DNA from: Narcine bancroftii | Taxonomy: Eukaryota | Direction of reading: 5' to 3' | Assembly (NCBI RefSeq): GCF_036971445.1 | Contig: NC_091473.1 | Location: 206,212,001-206,276,000, forward strand | Length of the DNA stretch: 64,000 nucleotides | In this document: positions 12,801 to 24,600 of the stretch, piece after piece | Layout: every line of letters starts with the position of its first letter | How positions within the stretch are numbered: position 1 is the first letter of the stretch | Made by a program: the position numbers and the translations under genes | The notes under the pieces: model-generated | The model's database searches: none | Told to the model about the DNA's origin: nothing | The model's input: the letters and a program-made list of their open reading frames with translations, nothing else

Positions 12801-13540
12801 TGTTACAGAGTCCAGACGATCCCAAAACCAGCAGCATTAGATATGCAAAACAACATAGGGTTATATAAACGAAAGTTATTTTTAATTATACTTGAACAAG
12901 AAAACAGAATTAAACTTTAACTTATTACTTAATCAACGTAAATATTTATTCCCCCCCCCCCACTAATACTAAATTCAGATGAATGTAATGTAGATTTAAG
13001 ATTAGAAAAGTTCTTTAGATCACAGTCCAATCTCACTGGTTGCAGCAAGTACGTGTACTGTGCACAGAGTTAGAATTAACAAAGTTCACCAGTCTTTGGT
13101 GCTTAACAGGCAAATGGTTACCAGTCAGGAGGGTTCTTGCTGGTTTACAAAGAGAGATTCATTTTACAGTATATCCGCACGTGATTCTTTCTCAAACAGT
13201 GTTGCAAACGAAACCCGACACCTTCAGGGTTCTCCAGATAATCCTCTTCCTTTCAGGTCACCTTTCAGACCACCAGTCTTCTCCGTTGACCAGGCAAACT
13301 TCCAAAGTTTGCCAGCTTGTCCTTCAAGAACTGATTTCTGTGTCTCTCCTCTGTGTTTTCCACCCTCCCTCTCTGAGAGCAAAACTGTTCTCTTCTGCCT
13401 GCAAAATTCACATACTCTCCCAGGCAAGCTGTTGTCGATACTTTGTTGCCTCCTGCAAAATGTCCTGCAAATATTCTGTGTTTTAAAATGTGTATGTTCA
13501 AACTGCTCTAACGATTCCTCCTTCTAAATATGCTGTCACA
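12801..13540. mobile_element. Solo LTR (probably Gypsy-type), copy 1
   Basis: TGT...ACA termini and collinear similarity to 15314-16171. The flanks AAAG/AAAT are an imperfect TSD. Confidence 0.6.
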
Positions 13541-14393
13541 AAATTAATGGCGTAACTGAGAGCGAGGGCGGAGAGAACCAGAGAGAAATACATAAAAGGT
13601 AATGGAGGAAAAGAAAGACAAATAGAGTAGAGAGAAATGGAGGGGAAGGCAGCAATAAAACTGACCCGGAATGTTATGTCGATGGTCACCAATGGGCGTT
13701 CTCGCCCTGGCAACCTTCTGTTCTTACTTTCCCAGAACAACGATGCTACAGAACGACTAATCTACAGTTCATGACATGGTTGCACTAAAGGTGACTCTGT
13801 AAGTCAAAAGATTCGCTCACCCGTCCCTCAGAACAGGGACGTCACCTCAGAAACCAGGAAGTGAACGANNNNNNNNNNNNNNNNNNNNNNNNNNNNNNNN
13901 NNNNNNNNNNNNNNNNNNNNNNNNNNNNNNNNNNNNNNNNNNNNNNNNNNNNNNNNNNNNNNNNNNNNNNNNNNNNNNNNNNNNNNNNNNNNNNNNNNNN
14001 NNNNNNNNNNNNNNNNNNNNNNNNNNNNNNNNNNNNNNNNNNNNNNNNNNNNNNNNNNNNNNNNNNNNNNNNNNNNNNNNNNNNNNNNNNNNNNNNNNNN
14101 NNNNNTGAAAGGGAGAAATAGAGAGAGAGGACGGAAGAAGGGAGGAACAATGACGCAGAGAGAGAAATATAGAATCAGAGGGATAAATAGTTAACTGAAT
14201 ATATACCGACAAGAAGATACATTGAAATAATGCACACATTGATTGGTGACTTTATCAACTCAGCTCCATAGCATTCCTGCAGGGGAACTACGCCCCCTGT
14301 CTGCCGCTAATATGACTTTGCTCTCCAATATCGCTGAAGTGGTGCTAAGTTCGTCAAAGTAAACAGTCTTTAGATTGCGCCTGCCCCAGTACC

Positions 14394-14685
14394 ATGTGTT
14401 CCCTGTGTTGGTTCCTGATGATATTGACCACACTGCCCGGTGAGTGTTTGACAAATTGTTCACCGAGCGCCCCACAGGTTTAACATGCTCGTGGATTGTT
14501 CATTCATTGTGTCATTTGTTGCACTCACGAATGGGATATATTCCGTGATCCCGAACACTTCTGAAATTATGACTGACGAAGGGGAGAACATCAGAATGAA
14601 CTGCACTTACACGTTAACAAATGAATATTTTTGTTACATTCAACATCGCGCGAAATCTCCAAAATATGCACAAAAGATGTATTGT
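14394..14685 (+). pseudogene. TCR V pseudogene: intact leader, dead splice acceptor, 3'-truncated exon
   Basis: Leader MCSLCWFLMILTTLP+G/GTGAGT (14394-14439); acceptor AG>AC at 14524. Exon reads TNGIYSVIPNTSEIMTDEGENIRMNCTYTLTNEYFCYIQHRAKSPKY and similarity then ends. Confidence 0.85.
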
Positions 14686-15313
14686 TTTATTCGTTTACCT
14701 TTTGTTTGTTAACCATTTGGCGCATGAATTGTTTCCTTTCACTTTCATCCCACCTGTCCTCTCAGTCTTTTCCATCTTTTTCCTGCACTCACATTTTCCT
14801 CTAACTCCCTTTGTTTCTGTTCCCTATCTTTTCTCTTTCATTGTTTAGTTTTGAAAAAGATTAATAGCTTGGTGTAATCCAATGCATGCTTTAGAGTTTC
14901 AAGGAGAACATTTAACAGTGCTAATTAGAAGAAAAAGAGCAGAACAGTCCGTTAAGTCAGTCACTAATGGATAGGAACAATCTGTCTTTTCCTCTCTCTT
15001 GGGTCGGGCTTTGGGCAAGGGAATGTGCTCCCATTTTAATCGTAATTATCATATCTCTAATATGAAATGCTAATTCAGTTTCACATTCGGTAATTGATAG
15101 TGGTATGCTCATTATTAAATATACTTTTTATTACACATCTTTCCTGGAGAAAATTTTAATTTCAGCCTTATACTGCACAGTAAGGGTGGGAGATGCCAGA
15201 AATATTAAGTTAACTTTGATTGCTAAGCGATATACTAGACATGTAATTGTGATCCACATTTTTTCGTCCCCTGTGGCTCGCATTATCTCTCTTAGCCTTA
15301 TTTTTTTCGCCAC

Positions 15314-16171
15314 TGTTCCGAATCCAGAGGACACCAAAACACAGCAGCAATAGATATTCATCATGATAAATGGTTACTTAAACAAATATCACTTTTAATG
15401 ATTTTGAACGTGAAAATAGAATCAAACTTTAATTCATCTCTATTGACTTAATTAACCCCCATCTTATTCCAGGCGCAGGTGTGTGTTATGTGGGTTTAAG
15501 ATTAGAAAGGTTCATTGATTCACAGCCCAATCCAACTGGTTGCAGGCCATTCTTGTACTGTGCACGGACGTTAAGATTAATGAAGTTTTCCAGGCTTTGG
15601 TACTTAACAGGTTATCACTCAGGAGATTTCTTGCTGATTTTCAGAGAGAGGGATAAAGAGAGAGTTTGCTCGTACCAGGACAACCACAACTAATTCCTTT
15701 TTAATCAGCCACTCTAGTGTCTTGCTGACAAATCTTTCCCCCTTCAGTGTTCTCCAGATTATAACATCTTTTTTTTCAGGTCACCTATTCCAAGGGAAAC
15801 ACAGGGAAGCTAGTCCTCTACTTTGATAAGATCTTCTTCTAAAGCATGCAAGCTTTTCCATTTAGAACGAATGTCTCTGTGTCTCCTCACTCTCTCTCAC
15901 CCCCTCCAACTCTGAGAGCAAAGCCGATTTTTTTGCTCTCTGACTGCCAACTTCACATGACCTTCCAGACAATAAATATTTTTTTCTGGACAAAACTGCT
16001 ACTGCCTGTTGATACATTTGTTGCGTTTTATAAATAACAGTGCATTATGAATTCTCTGAGAATTCTGCAAAATCTCTTTGCAAAACTTGTGTTTTAAAGT
16101 GTTTTCGTGCAACCTTCTCCAACAAACCTTTCAAAATTGATTTCCCAAACACCTCTATGTACTCTGTCATA
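15314..16171. mobile_element. Solo LTR (probably Gypsy-type), copy 2
   Basis: Related to 12801-13540, e.g. CAGCAGCA.TAGATAT, GATTAGAAA.GTTC and CTCTGAGAGCAAA. Flanks are CCAC/TCAC. Confidence 0.6.
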
Positions 16172-18330
16172 TCACATTAGTCGTTTTGTATTGGCTGTGC
16201 TACTATCATTATAAATTCGTCCCACTTCTCTTTATAACTGGAATATGAACGGAACCGGCCCCTTTTCTGATATATCATTACGTTTTTAACTCCATCATAT
16301 ATTTGCCTGGCCAACAATATTCTGGCCTCCTGCTCAATTCCTACCTTTTTTGTTTGAGTTGACCAAGTTACTGTCCAATTGAAATCTCTACCCTTAATCT
16401 TTACCATACTTCGGACACAAATAACGTATTGGCTCTCGCGGGATCCACACACCACTCATTTCTGACATTTTCTCCAAAGGAGAGATTACTTCTGATTCAT
16501 GACACATTTGTGCTATGTTCTCCATTTGTTCGTCTGCACCCACTTCAGGGTCCTGACCTTCGAATGGGGGATTTCCCCTTTTAACAACCAGTCTAAGGCA
16601 AGACGTCAGAACGAGGACAACACGTTATGTTGGATAGTACATTTATCCACTCACCGGGCAAATCCTCAAGCCCATATACTCTGTGTGCTCGGGGGCGACA
16701 TTCTGGATTCATCTGGAGTCCGTCAGGAAGAGAAGGATCAGTTGATCTAACACCTTAAAAGAAAGATCGGGAAAGTATCCCGTAGGCCCGTTCCTTAGTC
16801 TTTAGATTCTAGTCCAACTGGTCACTGATAACATCCAATAGGCATTCCTTAATCTGGACTCCTGTCTGGTTTGTCAAATATTGTATTGAAACTGGCGCTT
16901 CCCGATGCAAAGAACTCAGCACACAGTACATATACAGTTAACTCTTTATTTGACACCAAGTTCACCTGAGAGGTCCCATACAGGTTTGAGCCTTGAAGGC
17001 AGTCACTCTGGTCTCTGTTAAATAAAGGGATGCACCAAATTTTATACATTCGATAAAACAAGTTAAACTAAACGATTCAATCATTATTCTATATAAAAGG
17101 TTAATTAACATTAGATACAAGGTAAATCACACCCCACAAATCCTCCTCCCCTATATCCCTGTAACAAGGTAGAATAATAAGTACACTGAGTTATATTTAT
17201 TCCACATAAGGTCGGTTTCTTTTCATGATTTCCCTCGACATCAAGCTGTTTGTCCAGTTTTTAAAAAAAACTTTATTCTTTAGTTATCTTCACTGACTGA
17301 CACGCTTAACTCAGTCTCTCTCCTGTCGTGAAAACCTTCACTAACTCTCTTTTTTCTCGCTTTTCGGATTTACCTTTAGACTTAATTTTTGATTCGTACT
17401 TTAATTTCATAACACATGTTTATATGGAAGGTTCCTTCCTTTGGCCATTGGCTAACAATTTTGTCGTTCTTCTTTCCCATTTTCAAAGGTATTTGCGATA
17501 TAGTTTTTAGATACTGCGAACGGTTTGCTTAATATCTCAACTGCAGTTGCTTTACTCATTGTATTATGTTGTTCAGCACACTTCGTCATTCAGTCCAGTC
17601 GTAATAATTATTTCTGTCCTGTCTCTTCTTTTCAGTCACTATGTTAATTTTACACCACTTGTATTTTCTACAGTACAATACTAAATTTTCCCTAACAATT
17701 TAAAGTTTAATGTTATCAATTTGGCCCCGATTTCCTTTAGCTTACATGTTCTTCCCGAGCAGTCCACTATTTATCGAGGACAGTATCCGCAGAACGTCGA
17801 ATCCTGCTCGTGCAGTCCTCAATTTACCTAGGCCGGTAGTCGCAGGATGCCACTTCCGCTCAGACCCCTATTTACCTAGGGCGTTATGCAGGAGGACAAA
17901 CTAACTCCATGTGGAATTTTCTTCAATCAAACTCTTTCCCTTATTTCTACTAATCCAACAACACTGTTTTGCTTATCAATTGTCCGAGCCTCCTACAAAT
18001 TCAATTTTTCAGCTAGTTATTTCGGATCAGAGAGATCTTCTGATGTCGTATGGCCCTTCTATGTCCCAACAGGTTTAAGTCCGAATTAAAAATGAAAAGC
18101 GCTCAAATTTTTGGCCGAGTGGCCACACTTTATCTGTTGGTTTGGAGAAGATCCCCGAGGGGCTGGGAAGCGCTCTCGACCAGCCACCCTTTTTATCATG
18201 AGTCTGTTTCCGATCCTGCTGGCAGTGCCAAGTATGTCGTAGTTTTCTGAGGTCCAGAAACGAGTTCAGACAACGCAGAGAATTCTTTAGCAATGCTTAC
18301 CCTTTATTCGCAAATAAAGGCTTTGACAAT
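16172..18330 (-). mobile_element. Decayed class I-like ERV remnant (LTR R/U5 end, tRNA-Ser-like PBS, gag MA)
   Basis: On the minus strand: AATAAA (18303-18308), LTR end ..CGACA at 18235, and primer-binding site (PBS) TGGCACTGCCAGCAGGAT (18213-18230), close to tRNA-Ser TGGCGCTGTGAGCAGGAT. The gag matrix motif WPKEGTF lies at 17427-17447. Confidence 0.65.
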
Positions 18331-18434
18331 TCAAAACCTGGACACTTAAGCGCCCGTTTCTATGAGAATTCATTTGGATAAACAAAGGATATGCCCGCAT
18401 CTTGCATTTCACCTACCAATGGGATTAATTAACA

Positions 18435-18442
18435 TCACGTCA
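18435..18442 (+). promoter_or_regulatory. CRE-like element in the TCR V promoter
   Basis: TCACGTCA lies ~120 bp upstream of the leader ATG, next to an ACGCCCC box also seen upstream of the V at 14394. CRE motifs are typical of TCR V promoters. Confidence 0.5.
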
Positions 18443-18562
18443 TATGAGATGGAAACGCCCCTTCGACTTGCCAAAACAAAAAGGAGCTCCTGATCTTCCT
18501 TCCTGTCAACTATTTGATCCGACACACATCAACTGGTCCAAGTTGTTGCCAGCCCAGATACC

Positions 18563-18999
18563 ATGATCTCGCTCTGGCCCACATTGATGATATTGTTTGA
18601 ATTCGCCGGTGAGTCTTTCTTAAAATGAATGTTGTGACGACCATGACTTCCATGTCAGACAGGTTACCAATAATTTCTGTTGTATGTTCCAGACGCGTTT
18701 GGTGATGCTTCAATGTTGCAGTTTCCTCGTGATCTGGTGGCAGAAGAAGGAGAAACGGTGAAACTAAATTGCAGTTATCCGTCATCATACACTGCTTACA
18801 CCCCGTTCTGGTACACTCAGTATCCGAGAAAAGCACCAAAATACCTACTGAAGATATTGTCCTCGAACAACATAGATCGGTCCCATGGACTCTCAATGAG
18901 GTTTTCTGCTGACTATCAGAAAGAAATTCGGTCGATTCCTTTAACAATCACAGATGTCCGTGTGTCTGATTCTGCTGTGTATCTCTGTGCCATGAGCCC
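18563..18999 (+). CDS. TRAV: Intact T-cell receptor alpha/delta V gene segment (leader exon 18563-18608, V exon 18693-18999)
   Basis: Leader MISLWPTLMILFEFA+G/GTGAGT and an 84-bp GT-AG phase-1 intron. The open exon reads DAFGDASMLQFPRDLVAEEGETVKLNCSYPSSYTAYTPFWYTQYPRKAPKYLLKI..RFSADYQKEIRSIPLTITDVRVSDSAVYLCAMSP, with C23, W41, L89, DSAVYLC and an adjacent RSS. Alpha versus delta usage cannot be determined from the sequence. Confidence 0.93.
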
Positions 19000-19037
19000 C
19001 ACACTGCGAAAAAAAGCAGCAGATATGAACAAAAACG
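19000..19037 (+). other. V(D)J recombination signal sequence (23-type, 22-bp spacer)
   Basis: Heptamer CACACTG 19000-19006, spacer 19007-19028, nonamer ACAAAAACG 19029-19037. Confidence 0.9.
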
Positions 19038-21659
19038 CATCCAGCGTTTCCAACAGAGGGGGCACTCGCACCCAGGTACAGAGGTCGTCCAACTCAGAAA
19101 TCACTAAACATATATTCTGCAAACATTTCCAATTCCAAATCAAAGATGTGAAGATACGATTAATATATTTGAAGTATTATTTCATTCTATCGACAAGATT
19201 AATTCTCTTCAGCGTTTGTGCATATATAACTGTTGAGCTAGGTATTTCTACAGGAACAATAGCCTTAGAGCGCCTCGAATATCCTGTTTGATTCTTTCCT
19301 TCCAATAAGGTAATCGATTCACCATGTACCAGTTTATTTTAGATAGTCTTGCTCTTGACGCTGTTCAATAACCGAGCCAGTGTAATGGACACTACTTAGC
19401 ACAACTACTGGTCTACTGAGGGCAAGTGAAATCGTCATTGGACGTGCTGGGGCAGGTAGAGAAGATTCTCGTCCTCCCTTTTATTCTCAAGTTTCATTTT
19501 CTCACTCGCATTTATGAGACGGGGTGGCGTTGGGGGAAGCGCAGAGGGTAATGGCGTAATGGTTGTGGATTCATGACACTCCCCAGGGATGAATGTATAA
19601 AATCGGAAATAACTGACTTAAAAAAAAATGAAAGTATATTATAAACTTCCAGAAGGTACCTGTATACTTTTGGATCCGACAGAGAGAGAAAGGAAAACGG
19701 CAAGAGTCAAAGAAAAAAATCTGTGTGAAGATACAAAGAAAATCGAAGAAAACAACCTTGCTTGAAGATGCAGCCTGAACCTCAGGTTGCTAAACCTTTT
19801 CGAGTGCACACGTGATGACAGCCTTTTTCCATCTTAAGGCAGTGACACCTCCTGAGATAACCAGGGAGGGACGGTTACGCCAAATCTCTCTAGAAACTTG
19901 CAAACGTTTATCCCCGAGCATGCGCGAAGGAGACGATTGATAGCTCCATTCCAATTTTTGTTCGAATTATGGAACTTCAATCTGATATAGAAGAGCTGCA
20001 GAAACACCTGTTGCTTTGACAGCTGTTAATCAACGGAAAAAGGAAGATCAAGAAGAATTGGATGAAGATGAATAAGATGATGAAGTGAAAGTGCTGTATG
20101 CTTCGGAATTTGAATGTCGAAATAGAATGGGACAATATCAAGTTATAAGTGCTTATATTAGAAATGTCAGATGTGACATGAAGGGCGTTAAGAGTGAAAT
20201 GTTTAAACATGCCTCACAAGTTAATAAAGATAAAGCAACACTTCAAAGATTAGACCTGAATGCGAAGATTGTTAAATGATATGGATATCTGCATGGCTAG
20301 AAGTGACAGTCTCAAAAATTCGGATTCTCTCTGGGAAAAGCAGAGGAAAAAAATTATGGAAAAGATGGATATGTTGGAAAAGCAAAGTAGACGAAACAAG
20401 TATACTTTTCTTGGTCTTAAAGAAGATTTTGAAGGAACTAAAGATCCTGTGGAACGTTTTGCAAAAAGTGGAATCTCAGCATTAATGAAGATAATTTTCA
20501 AATTGGAATTGAATTGGAAAACACTCATAGAGCTTTACGGAGGAAGCCGTAGTCAAATCAATTACCTAGAGCTATATTGATTAAGTGTCTGCAATACCAG
20601 GACAAAGAAAAGATCTTATTACTCGCAGTTCAAAAAGCAAGACAAAATATATGTCGAATTGTTATTGATGGAAATAAAATTTAAATAAGGCTGTGGTGGA
20701 TAAAGAAAAGAATTTAATCCAGTGAAAGCGATTTTTAGGAAGAAGGGTTTTTAGTTTACTTTCAGATATTCAGCTACTTTAAAGATTTTTTTTGGTAATG
20801 AAACATTCAAGTTTGTTTGTAACCGGAAGCACAATCAATTCCAACATTTAAAGAAGATCAACAGGAATTGTTAAGTTTAATCCCTCAACGAGAAATATAA
20901 AGAGAAGTGTTGAAAATGCAAATCACACCAAAGAGGGCTGTCACGAAACAGATTGTGCTGTCAATAAGAGTTGCAATTGCCTACATAATCTCAGAGTGAA
21001 ACAAACGTAATTGATGATGATCTTGAAATAGCGGANNNNNNNNNNNNNNNNNNNNNNNNNNNNNNNNNNNNNNNNNNNNNNNNNNNNNNNNNNNNNNNNN
21101 NNNNNNNNNNNNNNNNNNNNNNNNNNNNNNNNNNNNNNNNNNNNNNNNNNNNNNNNNNNNNNNNNNNNNNNNNNNNNNNNNNNNNNNNNNNNNNNNNNNN
21201 NNNNNNNNNNNNNNNNNNNNNNNNNNNNNNAAAAAAAATATATATAAAATTGTATCCCATTAAGGGGAGGGTTTGATGTTTTTCTAACTTCCTTGACCTG
21301 TTATGTGCCTAATAGTCCATACTGTGGAGGGAAGCAGAGCTATGGTTTATTTACTCATTACGCTTTGAGTGGGATTTACTTTATCTTTTTATATAATTTG
21401 TTTGTTTATGAATTCTTCATTAATTTCTTTTAAATCATCTTTATTTTGACCTATGAGACAGAGACGAACAGGAACTGATTAGAATTGATGAAGGAGATCT
21501 TGTAGAATCGGAATGGCAGAGAATTGGATCTAAGAAAATTGATGGAAAAAATATACTAAATTTTCTGAGTTTTAATGTGAATGGGTGAATAATACAATGA
21601 AAAGGAAATGAATATGAAATCGTATGAAATATACGAAATGGATGCTGGATTGCTACGAC

Positions 21660-24600
21660 TGTGAAATATGTATAAAAATGATTAAATTCGCACCATTCTG
21701 TGAAAAGTAATGGAGTGCAAAGTATGTAGATAAAAGCTTGAGAGTAGACAGTAATGGAAAATGGGCCCCTTCTTATCAGGAGCACCAAGGAATCATGAAT
21801 TTCGTTCAGGCTGGTACAGTGACCTAAGTTAGTTTATAGCTAGTACTGAGCTTGCTTAATAGAGACATGAATATTAACTTGGACGCCCCTAAGTAGGGAA
21901 TCTACGAATTAACATAACATGTGATGAATGAAGAGGGAAGAGCAGTGTGATAACTGGATTAATGGAAGGAAGAAGGAGAATGTTGTAATGTATTGGGATT
22001 CTGGTTGGAAGAAAGTAAATGACGGTGGGGTGATGTGACCGCAGAACTGTACAAACGAGCGATAAATCTGAACCTCCGGTGTGTCTCCAGACCAGAGGCA
22101 CCTCACTCTGCAATCTCGAAATAAAGCTGAAACTGTTTTCCAAGACAATGTCTCCAGAGTAGTGATTGTGAACCCTTTATATTTCATAAGCTTGGGGACT
22201 CACCCGGGATCCTCATCTCCCACAACTTGGCGACTGGATATCGCAGAACGAGAAGGTGCACCCCACTGATTTCTGTGGTCTCCGATTTCCATGCTTGCCG
22301 TCATCGGTTTAAGCAAGTGATATCCGGATAGGAGACTTTGGAGAACAGAACCTCAGAAAGCTCCGGTAGAGGGAGTGGAACAGAACGAAGGGACTCCTGT
22401 AGAAGGAGTGGCTCGGTCAGGATAACTCTCGTGCACGAGAACAGGGTAAGATCAATTGACTATTAAGTACTACTCGGGCGACCGGGATTCTGTCAGGAGT
22501 GAGTGATCTGACAGGGATATGGGTAATAAGAGTATTAAAGAGAATAGGGGACTCCAGAGTGGAGATCCTGGAATTGAAATTCCGTCCGTTAGTCCTTTGG
22601 GGCGGATGTTAGGAGACTGGGGTCCGTGAAGGACCCAGGCAAAGACTAAAGAATCTACGGTAAAGTTTAGAAATTACAAATGGCCTCAAGACTCCGATTC
22701 TGGGGTCTTCGGTTTGGTGGCCCCGATTGGGGACAAATGCAGATTGGATGTGACAGAAATGACATTTATTCGTAAATGGAAAACGCTCTCCCGACCCGGA
22801 GAAGTCAGATTATGCAGCGTGCTGTATCCGAGTGACCGAATTGTTTAAGGTCACTGTTGAAATGAGGAGGAAGACGTACCTCCCTGGGAAAATTTTAAGC
22901 ATCTGCCCCCGCCTTATGATAGTCAGAGGGGAGGGGAGGATCATCAGGATGCTGGTGATATCTCTCCCGGGAATCACCGATTGGAGAGCGAAACCGTTGG
23001 AAGGGTAGAGGCCAGTGCCCCTGAGCCTGAGGAGGGAAGACGGAGGAGCACGGACGGACCAGAAAAACCAGAGGTGACGAGGTGGAAATACTACAGGATT
23101 ATATAAAATCCTTTCCGTTGGAGAGAAAGGAACAGAATGATCAAGCCGATTGGCAAATCTTCCCTTTGAGGGAGGTTCCGATAGGCGAAGGGGCATTGAG
23201 ATTCGTCAACGTTCCTCGTACCAGTACAGAAGTAAGAAACTGTAAAAAGGAGATGTAAAGTCTCTTAGAAGACCCCCTAGGCTTGGCTGAACAGTTTGAT
23301 CAATTCGTGGGAGCTAACGTTTATACCTGGGGTGAAATGCAATCAATATTAGGAATGTTATTCACTGCAGAAGAAAGACAAATGGTCCGGCAGGCAGGAA
23401 AGGACATTTGGGAGAGAGAGCATCCCCCAACCCTAAGACCACCAAGGAGCAGCCGCGGAAACTCAACTTCCAATTGTTCAACCAGACCGGGACAAGCAGC
23501 AGGAGGAGGGAAGGAGGAATATATGGGATTTAAGAGATCTAAGAATAAAAGGAATTAGAGAAGGCTGGACGCTGGGGGCGGGGAGTACTTGGGATGATGA
23601 ATTAATTAAATAGCGCATTGGAAAGTGGCGCCTATTAGCACAAGAAAGTAAAATGATAGACTTGCAGGTTGCCAAACTAACGCTGTAAAACTGGCAGAAG
23701 GGGGACAGTGAACCTATGGATGACCTCCAGAAAGAATGTGTACATAGAAAGGAGCATGACAGGAAAAATCAGGAAAGGAAAAACAAACAAAGTGTAGTCA
23801 GGAGAAGCCTCCTGTACAGGAGGATAGTAGTCAAATAGAAGTCCTAAGACTAATGGAGGAGGGAGAGACGAGTGTCCCCGAGTCCTTATCGGGAATCCCC
23901 TAACGATCACCACTAGCATATCATCTGTCTGTGTCTAGACCTCTAGTCTGCAATACCCAAAGCATTTTTGGATCCTGTTAATGCTCGAATCCAGAGCCAT
24001 GATAAATCACTATGACAAAGAATTGAAAAGTTAAGGAAAATCTGTGTTAAATTCTGAAAACTTTTGTTAAAACATGTTCGTCTGCATTTGAACATTTTAA
24101 AATTAAGCTGTTCTCAGTAAGGACAGAAAGAACTCAGCAGAAAGGCATACAACAAGGCAAATTGGCAGGAAGCTCAGAAGAAGAGATAACGCAGCCAGTT
24201 TGTATTGAATACTACAGTGCAAAGAAGGAAGACAGCCTGGAATACTCCTAAAAGGGCCACGCAAGATACCAATTTGTCTGCAGTTTAAAGTTGAGAACAT
24301 ATCCATGATAAAGATGTGATTTCTTAACTTACTGAGGTCGCAGATAAAGAAGCTAAAGTATCTAAAATTTATCAGCATTGGGACATCAAAGATTTAGTAC
24401 AACATGAGTCCTCCTCAACGAGCCTTATACGTTGCATCCAGGAGATTAGACTCCACCAGAGGGACCTCTCTGATGGGGAAATTGAGCATTGGAAGTGTTC
24501 TGGTTGTTATTATGTTGATGTACTTGAGTTTTGGGTAACCCCAGCAGGCAGGGTGTTACTATTGTGGGAAAGTGGGACATTTTAAACATGAATGTCCTGA

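Noticed and set aside
12076-14239. ORFs containing X runs or low-complexity LSLS tracts (also near 21, 42, 44-45 and 59 kb)
   Set aside because: These are artefacts of N-gaps and GA/CT microsatellites.
15160-15215. SALYCTVR as the missing 3' end of the V at 14394
   Set aside because: There is no upstream FR3 similarity and no recognisable RSS, and the match is too short to support.
18680-19291. 203-aa ORF read as a standalone Ig-domain protein
   Set aside because: It starts inside the intron and runs through the RSS. Only 18693-18999 is V exon; the rest is non-coding flank.
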